Origin: an uncultured Gammaproteobacteria bacterium
GTDB lineage: Bacteria > Patescibacteriota > Microgenomatia > UBA12405
Length of the DNA: 50,297 nucleotides
Direction: 5' to 3'
Assembly (NCBI GenBank): GCA_964609295.1
Contig: CAZSQT010000028.1
Coordinates: 1-50,297 of the forward strand
Shown: positions 9,135-17,964 of the stretch, one piece after another
Layout of the letters: each line of letters opens with the position of its first letter
Numbering within the stretch: the stretch's first letter is position 1
The notes under the pieces: generated by a model
Databases searched by the model: none
What the model was told of the DNA's origin: nothing
Seen by the model: only the letters and a program-made list of their open reading frames with translations
Program-made: the position numbers and the translations under genes

Positions 9135-9431
9135 ATGGAAGACAAAAAAATAAATTATCAATTAGTCTTGGTGTTGAAGCCAAAACTAGAAGAAAAAGAA
9201 AGAAACTCAGTTTTTAAAGAAGTTGAGTCTAAATTAAATACCTTAAAGGCAGAAGTTGCTAGTCGTGATCATTTGGGACAAAAGGAAATGGTTTACAAGA
9301 TACAAGGTTTTAGTAGGGGAGATTATTGGGTTTGGGAATTAGAATCAGAAAAACCTTTGGTAGTTAAGGATTTTAATGTATTTTTAAACAGAGAAACGAA
9401 CATTATTCGTTATTTAATATTAAAAAAGTAA
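9135..9431 (+). CDS. rpsF: 30S ribosomal protein S6
   Basis: YQLVLVLKP start, 98 aa, first gene of the conserved rpsF-ssb-rpsR arrangement. Confidence 0.8.
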   Translation: MEDKKINYQLVLVLKPKLEEKERNSVFKEVESKLNTLKAEVASRDHLGQKEMVYKIQGFSRGDYWVWELESEKPLVVKDFNVFLNRETNIIRYLILKK

Positions 9432-9447
9432 AAAAAAGGAGAAAAAT

Positions 9448-10029
9448 ATGCCAAGTAGATGTCTCAATCGAGTTACTTTAATAGGTAATTTAACTCGTGA
9501 TCCTGAGCTTAGATATACCCCAGCGGGTATGGCTGTTGTTAGTTTTGGTTTAGCCACCAATCGTTCCTGGATGACTAAGCAAGGAGAAAGAAAAGAAGAT
9601 GCCCAATTTCATAGAATTGTGGCATGGAATAAATTAGCCGAGCTATGCTCTCAATTATTGGCTAAAGGTAGGAGAGTATATGTTGACGGTCGTATTCAGT
9701 ATAGAGAATATGTTGATCAAGAAAATAATAAAAAGCAGATTTCTGAAATAGTTATTGATGATATGATTATTTTGGACAACAAAGGAAGTCACCATAATGA
9801 TAATTCATCTTTTTCTCATGAAGATGATTTGAGTAATGGTCCAGTTGATGTTTCTTCAGATCAAATTGAAGATATTGTTATTCCTGATGATATAGTTGAA
9901 GATAGTTCTTCTGAAGATGCCAAAGAGGAAACTCCAAAGCCAGAGGAAACTCCTCAAGTTGAGGAAACTCCAAAAGCAGAAGAAAAAAAAGAGGAAGATA
10001 ATAAGGCAACTGAAGATTTGCCATTTTAA
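9448..10029 (+). CDS. ssb: single-stranded DNA-binding protein
   Basis: OB-fold N-terminus LNRVTLIGNLTRDPELRYTPAGMAVVSFGLATNR, FHRIVAWNKLAE, a long acidic tail, and a C-terminal DLPF tip. Confidence 0.9.
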   Translation: MPSRCLNRVTLIGNLTRDPELRYTPAGMAVVSFGLATNRSWMTKQGERKEDAQFHRIVAWNKLAELCSQLLAKGRRVYVDGRIQYREYVDQENNKKQISEIVIDDMIILDNKGSHHNDNSSFSHEDDLSNGPVDVSSDQIEDIVIPDDIVEDSSSEDAKEETPKPEETPQVEETPKAEEKKEEDNKATEDLPF

Positions 10030-10042
10030 TAGTTTGTAAAAT

Positions 10043-10300
10043 ATGAATATAAGAAAAAACAGAAAAGATGCCTTGTTGGCTGCAAAGAGAAAAGGAAAAG
10101 AAAGAGGCTGTGTTTTTTGTAAAACTGCTAAGGTACCATCTTGGCAGGATTATGAAAACTTGGGTATTTATCTAAGTTCGAGAGGAAGGATTATAGCTTC
10201 GGTTTATACTGGTGTATGCAAAAAACATCAGAGAAAATTGGTAGCAGCGATTAAGCAGGCAAGACATTTGGCTTTGTTGCCTTTTACAACTCAGTTTTAA
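10043..10300 (+). CDS. rpsR: 30S ribosomal protein S18
   Basis: CVFCK...DYENLGIYLSSRGRI...TGVCKKHQRKLVAAIKQARHLALLPF is typical of S18. Confidence 0.88.
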   Translation: MNIRKNRKDALLAAKRKGKERGCVFCKTAKVPSWQDYENLGIYLSSRGRIIASVYTGVCKKHQRKLVAAIKQARHLALLPFTTQF

Positions 10301-10308
10301 TCTTTTTA

Positions 10309-10348
10309 CCCCTTCTATTTTGTTTGTTTGAGAAATAGGAGGGGTTTT
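10309..10348 (+). terminator. intrinsic terminator after rpsR; its 3' arm contains the Shine-Dalgarno of the next gene
   Basis: Arms ccccttctattt (10309-10320) and aaataggagggg (10333-10344) give 12 bp including one G-U pair. The loop is 12 nt and the hairpin is followed by TTTT. Confidence 0.5.
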
Positions 10349-11113
10349 GTGTATAATTTAGATAAGGATATGAAAAAGAAAATAAAGACTAAATGGATAA
10401 TAAAGAGGTTGGGCGGGGAAGTGGTTGTTGAAAAAGGGCAAAAGGTAAAATGTGGTGATTTGATTTTGAGAGATAATACTGAGGTAATCAAATGTTTTAC
10501 TTTACCTGGTTGTTTGAAAAATTTTAAAAAAGAAAAAATTGAAGAGCTTATTTTCCCATTGGCTAATAAGCATTTGGCTAAAGGAGAGATGATGTTTAAA
10601 CTTGGTGGTATCTGGGGTCATAGAATTGTGGCTCCTATTGCTGGAGTTTGTGTTGGAGTAGATGAATTTTCAAATTTTATGTTTCAAGTAGCTAATGAGG
10701 CGATAAGAGATGTTTTTAGCCCGGTGGATGGGGTAATTGATGATATAGATAAGGATCAAATAGTGATTGTTTTCGAAGCTTTTGAATTTGGGGGAATTGG
10801 TTTGGTCGAAGGTAAGGTTTGGGGTAACGGTGATTTGGAAGAAATTGATTTGATAACTGATTTGTCGGCTTCTTTAGATGGGGATATTTTGTTAACTAAT
10901 AATTTTGAAAAATGTTTTTTGACTAAAGCAGAAGTAGTAGGAGTGAGGGCATTTGTAGTTTTGGATAAAGAAAGTGATTTTGAAGTAGAAACGACTTTGC
11001 CAGTTTTATCTTTAACATCTAAGGAGTGGGAAGAATTAAAAAAATATAAAGATGGGATTAAAAGAAGATTTTTATTAAATTCTAAAATTGGTCGGTTATT
11101 GATGGTATCATAG
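10349..11113 (+). CDS. hypothetical protein
   Basis: In-frame GTG at 10349, 6 nt after AGGAGG (10337-10342). The track ORF begins at the TTG at 10328, and ATG 10370 is an alternative start. No family recognised. Confidence 0.45.
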   Translation: MYNLDKDMKKKIKTKWIIKRLGGEVVVEKGQKVKCGDLILRDNTEVIKCFTLPGCLKNFKKEKIEELIFPLANKHLAKGEMMFKLGGIWGHRIVAPIAGVCVGVDEFSNFMFQVANEAIRDVFSPVDGVIDDIDKDQIVIVFEAFEFGGIGLVEGKVWGNGDLEEIDLITDLSASLDGDILLTNNFEKCFLTKAEVVGVRAFVVLDKESDFEVETTLPVLSLTSKEWEELKKYKDGIKRRFLLNSKIGRLLMVS

Positions 11114-11118
11114 ATTTT

Positions 11119-12294
11119 ATGATGTCTTTTAAAAATAAAATTTTATATTTGTTGTTTTTAGTAGTAGTGGCTTGGGGATCTTTTTCCTATGGTCAAGATT
11201 ATAATCGTAAAAAATATGAAGGTTTTGATTTTTCTCTTTTGTCTAAGGTCAAAAAAGAGTTAGAAGTAAAGTATCTTGATGCTCAAGATATGGATAAGAA
11301 AAAGATGGAATATGGAATGATATCTGGTTTGGTTGATTCTTTGGGTGATCCTTATACTGTTTTTCTGCCTCCAGAGGAAAATGAGACTTACAATGAAGAT
11401 TTGTCGGGTGAATTTGGAGGAGTAGGTATTTCGCTTGGTTTTAAGGATAATAATTTGGCAGTGATGTCACCTTTACCTAAAACTCCTGCAGAAGAGGCGG
11501 GCTTGAAGGCGGGTGATTATATATTAAAAATTGTAGATGAAAAAAATAATGTTGACAGAGAGACAACAGATATTTCTTTGCAGGAAGCGGTTAAGTTAAT
11601 TAGGGGAGAAATAGGAACGGAAGTAATTTTGAATATTTATAGAGAGGGAGAAGATAGTCCTTTTGATGTTTCTTTGAATAGAAGTAATATTGTTGTGCCA
11701 AGTATAGAGTTAGAATGGGTGGAAAAAGATAACAAAAAAATTGCCGTAGTTGGTTTGTATAAATTTACAGAAAGAGTGGTAGAAGAATGGGATAAGATTG
11801 TAAATGAAATAAAAATAGCAAGTAAAAAAGAAGAGTATGGTGGAATTGTCTTGGATATGAGAAATAATCCGGGAGGTTATTTACAGGCTAGTGTTTTGAT
11901 TGGAAGTGATTTGGTTAAAGATGGTGTGATTGTAAGACAAAAATCTAATTTAAAGGATGAATTATCTTATGGGGTCGAGCGAGGTCGAGGGAAGTTATTA
12001 GATGATGACTTGGTAGTTTTGGTAAATAGTGGTTCGGCCAGTGCGGCTGAAATTTTGGCAGGAGCTTTGCAGGAGTATGGTCGAGCTAAATTGGTTGGAG
12101 AAAAGACTTTTGGTAAAGGGACAGTGCAACAACCAGATAATTTTAGTGATGGATCAGGGATTCATATCACTATTGCTAAATGGCTTTTGCCAAGTGGTAA
12201 AAATATTCATGGTGAGGGAGTAATCCCTGATATTGAAGAAAAAGATACCGAAAAACAACTTGACAAAGCCTTTGAGCTGTTGTTGAATAAATAA
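11119..12294 (+). CDS. ctpA: S41 family carboxy-terminal processing peptidase with a PDZ domain
   Basis: N-terminal anchor, PDZ segment PAEEAGLKAGDYILKI, and catalytic region VVLVNSGSASAAEILAGALQ...GEKTFGKG. Confidence 0.85.
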   Translation: MMSFKNKILYLLFLVVVAWGSFSYGQDYNRKKYEGFDFSLLSKVKKELEVKYLDAQDMDKKKMEYGMISGLVDSLGDPYTVFLPPEENETYNEDLSGEFGGVGISLGFKDNNLAVMSPLPKTPAEEAGLKAGDYILKIVDEKNNVDRETTDISLQEAVKLIRGEIGTEVILNIYREGEDSPFDVSLNRSNIVVPSIELEWVEKDNKKIAVVGLYKFTERVVEEWDKIVNEIKIASKKEEYGGIVLDMRNNPGGYLQASVLIGSDLVKDGVIVRQKSNLKDELSYGVERGRGKLLDDDLVVLVNSGSASAAEILAGALQEYGRAKLVGEKTFGKGTVQQPDNFSDGSGIHITIAKWLLPSGKNIHGEGVIPDIEEKDTEKQLDKAFELLLNK

Positions 12295-12298
12295 GATT

Positions 12299-13459
12299 AT
12301 GGAAATAAAAAAGATGAAAACTTTTTTTGTCGGTTTGTTGTTGGGCCTATTGATTATGGGTTTAATGGCTAGTGGGGCATTTTTTTATAGTGTTTGGTTA
12401 AATAAACAGGGTGGTGAAGAAGGAATATTGGCTCCTAAGACACGAGAAATTGTAACCGAAGAATCAGTCGTAACTCGAGTAGTAGAAGAAGTAACACCAG
12501 GGGTGGTGACTATTTCTATGAGCAAAATACAGGTTGTCAATGATCCTTTTGCTGATTTTGATTTCTTTTTTGATTTTTTTGGTCAGCCCCAAAATACTCA
12601 AAAAGAGGAAAAAATTGAACAGGATATTGGAACAGGTTTTATTATTAGTGAAGATGGATTAATAGTAACGAATAAACATGTAGTGGCTGATATAGAGGCG
12701 AAGTATAAGGTGGTGATTGGAACAGATGAAGTGGTGGAAGTAAAAAATATTTATCGAGATCCTTTAACTGATTTGGCAATTTTAAAAGTTGAAAAAGAAG
12801 GTTTAATACCGATTGCTATGGGTGATTCGGATAATTTAAAAGTTGGGCAATTGGTTGTGGCTATTGGGACTGCTTTGGGTGAGTTTAGATCAACGGTAAC
12901 GACGGGAGTTATTTCTGGCTTGGGGAGAGGTATTGTGGCAGGTTCAGCTTTTGCTGGTTCAGAGAAATTGGAAAATGTGATTCAGACTGATGCGGCGATT
13001 AACCCGGGTAATTCTGGTGGTCCTTTACTTAATTCTTCTGGAGAAGTTATTGGGGTAAATGTAGCAGTTTCTGCTTCTGGAGAAAATATAGGATTTGCTT
13101 TGCCTATTAATTTTGTAAAAGAATCAATTAATAATTTTAAGACAACAGGGGAGTTTGATAGGCCTTATATAGGCGTTGTATACCAAATGATATCTAGACA
13201 GGCGGCTTTGTTAAATGAAGTGCCTCAGGGGGCTTATATTCAGGAAGTCGTTAAAGATAGTCCTGCAGAAAAGGCTGGTATTTTGGCGGGTGATATTGTT
13301 ACTGAAATTGCTGGAATTAAGTTAAATGATGAAAAAGATAATTCTTTTATCAATGTCATTAATAAACACAAGATAGGGGATGAAATTACAGTAAAGATTT
13401 ATAGGGGTAATGAGGAAAAGCTTTTGAAGGTAAAGTTAGAAAAAAGAGAGCTCAAGTAG
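12299..13459 (+). CDS. htrA: HtrA/DegP family serine protease with a PDZ domain
   Basis: His region GTGFIISEDGLIVTNKHVV, Asp region DLAILKV, Ser region GNSGGPLLNSSGEVIGVN, and C-terminal PDZ SPAEKAGILAGDIV. Confidence 0.88.
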   Translation: MEIKKMKTFFVGLLLGLLIMGLMASGAFFYSVWLNKQGGEEGILAPKTREIVTEESVVTRVVEEVTPGVVTISMSKIQVVNDPFADFDFFFDFFGQPQNTQKEEKIEQDIGTGFIISEDGLIVTNKHVVADIEAKYKVVIGTDEVVEVKNIYRDPLTDLAILKVEKEGLIPIAMGDSDNLKVGQLVVAIGTALGEFRSTVTTGVISGLGRGIVAGSAFAGSEKLENVIQTDAAINPGNSGGPLLNSSGEVIGVNVAVSASGENIGFALPINFVKESINNFKTTGEFDRPYIGVVYQMISRQAALLNEVPQGAYIQEVVKDSPAEKAGILAGDIVTEIAGIKLNDEKDNSFINVINKHKIGDEITVKIYRGNEEKLLKVKLEKRELK

Positions 13460-14137
13460 TAAATCTTCCAAGTCGCCTTGCATAATTTTGTCTAAATTGT
13501 TGAATGATTTGTTAATACGGTGGTCCTTTACCTGATTTCTCGGGTAGTTGTAAGTTCTTATTTTGTCAGCACGGTCGGATTGACTTATTCCTGATCGGGC
13601 TTGGTTAATTCGTGAATTTTTTTTATTTTCTTCAATTTGCCAAAGTTTAGCCTTTAAAACGTTCATGGCAACTTCTCGGTTTTGAGCTTGTGATCGTTCT
13701 TGTCTAGCGGAGACAACTACACCACTTGGTTTGTGTGTAATTCTGACAGCGGTTGAAACTTTGTTGACATTTTGACCGCCATTGCCACCAGCACGGCAGG
13801 CTTGGAAATCTAAATCTTCTGGCTTGATTACGATATCTTTGGAACTAATTTGGGGTAAAACGACGATAGAGGCGGTTGATGTTTGGAGACGGCCTCTTTT
13901 TTCGGTAATAGGGATACGTTGGACTCGATGAGTGCCAGTTTCTAGTTTAAGTTGGTTAAAGACATCAAAACCGGAAATTTGAATAACATTATTGTCTATT
14001 TGTTTAACTTTCCAGCCAAGTTTATTGCTGTAACGGACATACATATTTTGTAGATCGTTAGCCCATATTTGAGCTTCTTGACCTCCAGGTCCGGGATAAA
14101 ATTCGAGAATGGCAAAATTTGGATTGATAGTGGGCAT
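13436..14137 (-). CDS. prfA: peptide chain release factor 1, lacking the N-terminal domain 1
   Basis: GGQ motif RAGGNGGQNVNKVSTAVRITHKPSG. RF1-type decoding segment HRVQRIPITE (PxT position reads PIT). RF1-like tail DRADKIRTYNYPRNQVKDHRIN. Only 233 aa, beginning at the segment that precedes GPGGQEA. Confidence 0.8.
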   Translation of the reverse strand: MPTINPNFAILEFYPGPGGQEAQIWANDLQNMYVRYSNKLGWKVKQIDNNVIQISGFDVFNQLKLETGTHRVQRIPITEKRGRLQTSTASIVVLPQISSKDIVIKPEDLDFQACRAGGNGGQNVNKVSTAVRITHKPSGVVVSARQERSQAQNREVAMNVLKAKLWQIEENKKNSRINQARSGISQSDRADKIRTYNYPRNQVKDHRINKSFNNLDKIMQGDLEDLLLELSFF

Positions 14138-14382
14138 TATTTATTTTTTTTAGCCTTTTTGGTTTTCTTTTTGTAGCCTTGGCTTTTTTTGAGACGTTCG
14201 TTGAATTTGTCTATTCTTCCCTTAATATCGACAAATTTTTGTTGGCCAGTAAAGAAAGGGTGACATTTATTGCAGACTTCAACCTCTATTTTGGGTAAGG
14301 TAGAGCCGGTAGTAAATTTGTTGCCACAAACGCAGCTGACTTGACAGTCATCATAATATTTTGGATGAATTCCTTGTTTCAT
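14137..14382 (-). CDS. rpmE: 50S ribosomal protein L31 (Zn-ribbon type)
   Basis: [10 protein letters not shown] start, with CVCG...[10 protein letters not shown]. The stop TAA overlaps the prfA ATG (TAATG). Confidence 0.9.
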   Translation of the reverse strand: MKQGIHPKYYDDCQVSCVCGNKFTTGSTLPKIEVEVCNKCHPFFTGQQKFVDIKGRIDKFNERLKKSQGYKKKTKKAKKNK

Positions 14383-14489
14383 AGGGGTTATTATAGCAGA
14401 TATATCAAATAATTTCTAATCAATTTTAATTTCTTTAGCGAAAGGCTTTGCTCTTATTGAAAATTTCTAATTTCTACTTATTTTAATTA

Positions 14490-14519
14490 TTGACATTGTA
14501 ATAATGATAGGTTTATAAT
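14490..14519 (+). promoter_or_regulatory. sigma70-like promoter of vapBC; probably yields a leaderless mRNA
   Basis: TTGACA (14490-14495), an 18-nt spacer, then TATAAT (14514-14519). The vapB ATG at 14526 lies 7 nt after the -10 box, with no Shine-Dalgarno. Confidence 0.45.
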
Positions 14520-14525
14520 ATTATT

Positions 14526-14765
14526 ATGCAACAAATAATAAATATAACAAGCCAATGGCAAATATATGTACCGGAGATAATTAGAAAACAAATGAATCTT
14601 GATAAGCCTACTAGGGCAACAATTTTTGCCAAGGATGGTTTAATTTATATTAAACCTATAAAAAGTAAAATATTATCTTTGGCTGGAAAATTTCGCGGAA
14701 GAAAACCGGTTATTGATATTATTATTAATAAAGAGAGGGATTATATAGATTATAGTGATTTATGA
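14526..14765 (+). CDS. vapB: AbrB/SpoVT-type antitoxin (VapB-like)
   Basis: 79 aa. QIYVPEIIRKQMNLDKPTRATIFAKDGLIYIKP looks like a swapped-hairpin beta-barrel motif. Overlaps the downstream PIN gene by ATGA. Confidence 0.6.
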   Translation: MQQIINITSQWQIYVPEIIRKQMNLDKPTRATIFAKDGLIYIKPIKSKILSLAGKFRGRKPVIDIIINKERDYIDYSDL

Positions 14766-15166
14766 AAAAAGTATTAATTGATTCAAATGTGTGGCTTCGG
14801 TATTTTTTAGAAGATAATAAAGAACAGTTTGTATTGGCAAAAAAATTAATTGAAAATATTGAAAATAATAAAATATATCCATATATTTCATCATTTATAT
14901 TTATGGAGATAGTATATGTTTTGGAGAAATTATATCTTTTTAAAAAAGATGACATAAAAGAAATTGTTGAAAGTATTTTGTTAATGCGAAATATTGTAAT
15001 TGTTAAGGATACTGATTTTATCAAGGCTTGGAAATGGTGTAATGAGTGTGGGGTTAAAATGGCGGATTGTTTAATAGCAACTTCAATAAAGGAAAAAGTT
15101 AAGTTAGCAACTTTTGATAATGAATTTAAGAAATTGAAAGAAGTTCAATTATTTGATTGGAATTAA
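14762..15166 (+). CDS. vapC: PIN-domain toxin (VapC-like)
   Basis: 134 aa. KVLIDSNVWLRYF supplies the first acidic residue, FMEIVYVL the second, and the C-terminal MADCLIA...ATFDNEF completes the pattern. Confidence 0.72.
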   Translation: MKKVLIDSNVWLRYFLEDNKEQFVLAKKLIENIENNKIYPYISSFIFMEIVYVLEKLYLFKKDDIKEIVESILLMRNIVIVKDTDFIKAWKWCNECGVKMADCLIATSIKEKVKLATFDNEFKKLKEVQLFDWN

Positions 15167-16346
15167 GAGTTTTTTGTTCTTTGGTTTCTAGGTTTTTGAG
15201 GGTAATACTATTATTTTTTGCTTCATCTTCACCAATAATGCCGATATATTTGATGTCTAGTTTATCCGCATATTTTATTTGTTTGCCTAATTTTTCTTCA
15301 ACGGGGTAAATTATTGAAGCAATATTGTTTTTTCGAAGTTCATTTAGTAAGTTGATTGATTCTTTTTCTTGACCAAAATTAGCAACCATAATTTTGGTTT
15401 TTGTGTTTGATATTTCTGGCATCAAATTTAGTTCTAAAATACAATCAACAATTCTTTCAAAACCGATGCTACTACCAACAGCAGGGATATCTGGTCCTCC
15501 TAGAGTTTTGACTAAGTTGTCGTAACGACCACCACCAGTGATAGAACCGATTTTTGGTTTTTTGACATAAGTTTCAAAAATAATACCAGTGTAGTAGTCA
15601 AGACCTCTGACCATACTGGGGTCAAATTCGTAAAATTTTTGAGGGATATCGAGACTGTCTAAACAAGAAAAAACTTGTTTTAAATAATCATCTGGTTGTA
15701 CTGTTTTGATATATTTGAGAGTATCGTTGATTTGGTCTGATTTAAAGCCTTTACTTTTGAGTTCATTTATTACTCCTTTTTCACCTATTTTGTCTAATTT
15801 ATCGATAGATTGAAGTATGCTATTTGGAATGTTTTTGAGTAATTCGCGGTTGTTAATTTTGATCTTGTAGTCTTGAAAATTTAGTTTTTTGAGGATGGTA
15901 TAAATGATGGCAATTATTTCAGCATCGACGATAGGAGATTTGATACCAAAGGTATCAAAGTCACATTGGATAAATTCTCGGTAGCGACCTTTTTGGGGTT
16001 TGTCGGCACGCCAGACGGGTTGAATTTGATAGCGTTTAAAGGGTAAGGGAAGATTGTAAGATGATAAAACTCGGCAAGTGGGGACGGTGAGATCATATCT
16101 CATACCGACTTGGCGATCCCCTTTGTCTTTAAAAGAGTACATCAACTTATCAGCTTCTTCTCCATATTTACCTTTGAGAATTGAAGCATATTCGAGGGTA
16201 GGTGTTTCTAATGGTTGGAAACCAAAAAGCTCGAAAGTTTCAATACAAATGTTTTTGACATAGTTACGAACTGCCATTTGTGATGGCAGAAAATCGCGAA
16301 ATCCTTTTAGGGTATTATCTATTGTCGACATTGTTAATTTTAACAT
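15126..16346 (-). CDS. hisS: histidine--tRNA ligase
   Basis: GFRDFLP motif, RYDLTVP, FKRYQIQPVWRADKPQKGRYREFIQCDFD, and GGGRYDNL. An anticodon-binding domain follows at the C-terminus. Confidence 0.9.
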   Translation of the reverse strand: MLKLTMSTIDNTLKGFRDFLPSQMAVRNYVKNICIETFELFGFQPLETPTLEYASILKGKYGEEADKLMYSFKDKGDRQVGMRYDLTVPTCRVLSSYNLPLPFKRYQIQPVWRADKPQKGRYREFIQCDFDTFGIKSPIVDAEIIAIIYTILKKLNFQDYKIKINNRELLKNIPNSILQSIDKLDKIGEKGVINELKSKGFKSDQINDTLKYIKTVQPDDYLKQVFSCLDSLDIPQKFYEFDPSMVRGLDYYTGIIFETYVKKPKIGSITGGGRYDNLVKTLGGPDIPAVGSSIGFERIVDCILELNLMPEISNTKTKIMVANFGQEKESINLLNELRKNNIASIIYPVEEKLGKQIKYADKLDIKYIGIIGEDEAKNNSITLKNLETKEQKTLNSNQIIELLSIS

Positions 16347-16367
16347 TTATGGGTTAAAATAGGAAAA

Positions 16368-17108
16368 ATGAATATAAAAGTTGTTAAAACTAAAAAAATT
16401 ACTAATAAAGATATTGGTCTGACGAATTTTATTGATAAATATATTAAAGAGTTATCTGAAAAATCTATTGTTGTGTTGACTTCAAAGGTAGTGGCTATTT
16501 TGGAGGGAAATTATTTGGCAAAAGATGTTATGGATAAAGAAAAATTGGTTTTTAGAGAGAGTGATTATTATGCCTTTGTTGATAGTAAATATGGTTTTAG
16601 ATTGACGATAAACAACAATATGTTGATTCCTTCAGCAGGAATTGATGAATCAAATTCTTTTGGTTATTATGTTTTGTTGCCTAAAAATTCATATAAATCG
16701 GCGAAAATAATTTGGAAATATTTGAAAAATAAATTTAATTTGAAATATGTCGGAGTGATTATTACTGATAGTAAGACGACACCATTGCGATGGGGAACAA
16801 CTGGAATCAGTACTGGTTATTGTGGTTTTTGTGGGTTGAATGATTATATTGGTAAAAAAGATATTTTTGACAGGGAAATGAAGGTAACCAAATCAAATAT
16901 TGTTGATGGTTTGGCGGCTGGGGCGGTGGTAGAAATGGGTGAAGGAAAGGAGCAAACTCCTTTGGCGATTATTACTGAAGCCAAACAGGTAAGATTTAAA
17001 AAAACAGCAACTAGCCAACAAGAAATTGATGATTTTAAGATTGCTTTGGAAGATGATCTTTATTATCCGATTTTGAGTAGGGTTGATTGGATTAAGGGTG
17101 ATAAGTAG
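16368..17108 (+). CDS. CofE-like gamma-glutamyl ligase family protein (F420-0:gamma-glutamyl ligase fold)
   Basis: VVLTSKVVAILEG, PSAGIDESN, VGVIITDSKTTPLRWGTTGISTGYCGF, and VDGLAAGAVVEMGEGKEQTPLAII match the CofE family pattern. Confidence 0.65.
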   Translation: MNIKVVKTKKITNKDIGLTNFIDKYIKELSEKSIVVLTSKVVAILEGNYLAKDVMDKEKLVFRESDYYAFVDSKYGFRLTINNNMLIPSAGIDESNSFGYYVLLPKNSYKSAKIIWKYLKNKFNLKYVGVIITDSKTTPLRWGTTGISTGYCGFCGLNDYIGKKDIFDREMKVTKSNIVDGLAAGAVVEMGEGKEQTPLAIITEAKQVRFKKTATSQQEIDDFKIALEDDLYYPILSRVDWIKGDK

Positions 17109-17110
17109 GG

Positions 17111-17185
17111 GGTGAGTAACCGGACTTGAACCGGCAACCTTCTGCTCCACAGGCAGACGCTCTAACCAATTGAGCTATACCCACC
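17111..17185 (-). tRNA. tRNA-His (anticodon GUG) with an encoded G-1
   Basis: Cloverleaf folded by hand. An extra 5' G pairs with discriminator C73. D stem GCTC/GAGC, anticodon stem TCTGC/GCAGA with loop CTGTGGA, and T arm GCCGG-TTCAAGT-CCGGT. No CCA is encoded. Confidence 0.9.
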
Positions 17186-17289
17186 ATATAAAAAAATAAC
17201 CAATAACCAAATTCCAAGAAACAAAATAAGATTTAAGTTATTTTCTGTCTAATTTTAGCCAAAAGAGAGAAAAATAGCAATAGTAAGAG

Positions 17290-17964
17290 TTAATTTAAGA
17301 CAATAATATAGTTGGCGAGATAGTTTTTGTTGTTTTCGGTTGTGGGCGAGATCGAGACAATTAATTTACTGCCGGCTTTAATCTCTTTGCTAGTTATTTT
17401 TTGTTTTTCTTTATTAACTATTTTGGTTATTTTATTGTCAATAGTAATTTGATATTGTGTTTCTTTATTTTTACTAGGAATTAAGACAAAAACGGGGGAT
17501 GTTTGAGAAATATCGACAACATTGCCAGCGGTGATTATTTTGTTTATTTGTGTATCTTTTTTGTCAACAAAGACTATTCTTTTGGCGAGGAGAACTTGGT
17601 CGTTGTTTTTGTATCCCATGGCAATAATATTTTGTCCAACAACTAAATCTTCAGTTTTGATGCTAGTTTTTCGATTATTAACAATAATAGTTTCATCATC
17701 AATTTTGATTGATCTGGACATATTTTTTCTTTCAATAGTGATAATGTTATCTTCTATTTTGGTAATGGCACCGATGATTGATATTTTTTTATTAATGGTT
17801 TTATTTTCCATCTCTTGTAATTTTTCGTTAACTTTTTGTTCTACCTTTTCTCTTATTTTTTGGATTTCTCCGTTATCGTTAATTGGTGCAGTAGGGCTTT
17901 GAGCTAAAGCATTATTTTTGATCAAAAATAGGGTGATAATTAGTACTAGGATGTATTTTTTCAT
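17290..17964 (-). CDS. hypothetical secreted protein
   Basis: 224 aa with signal peptide MKKYILVLIITLFLIKNNALA/QS. Overlaps the upstream gene by 4 nt. Confidence 0.5.
   Translation of the reverse strand: MKKYILVLIITLFLIKNNALAQSPTAPINDNGEIQKIREKVEQKVNEKLQEMENKTINKKISIIGAITKIEDNIITIERKNMSRSIKIDDETIIVNNRKTSIKTEDLVVGQNIIAMGYKNNDQVLLAKRIVFVDKKDTQINKIITAGNVVDISQTSPVFVLIPSKNKETQYQITIDNKITKIVNKEKQKITSKEIKAGSKLIVSISPTTENNKNYLANYIIVLN

Noticed and set aside
13436-14137. prfB-style programmed +1 frameshift as an explanation for the short release factor.
   Set aside because: The protein is RF1-type (PIT, not SPF). The upstream sequence is fully occupied by a complete rpmE whose stop overlaps the RF start, so no upstream reading frame is available.
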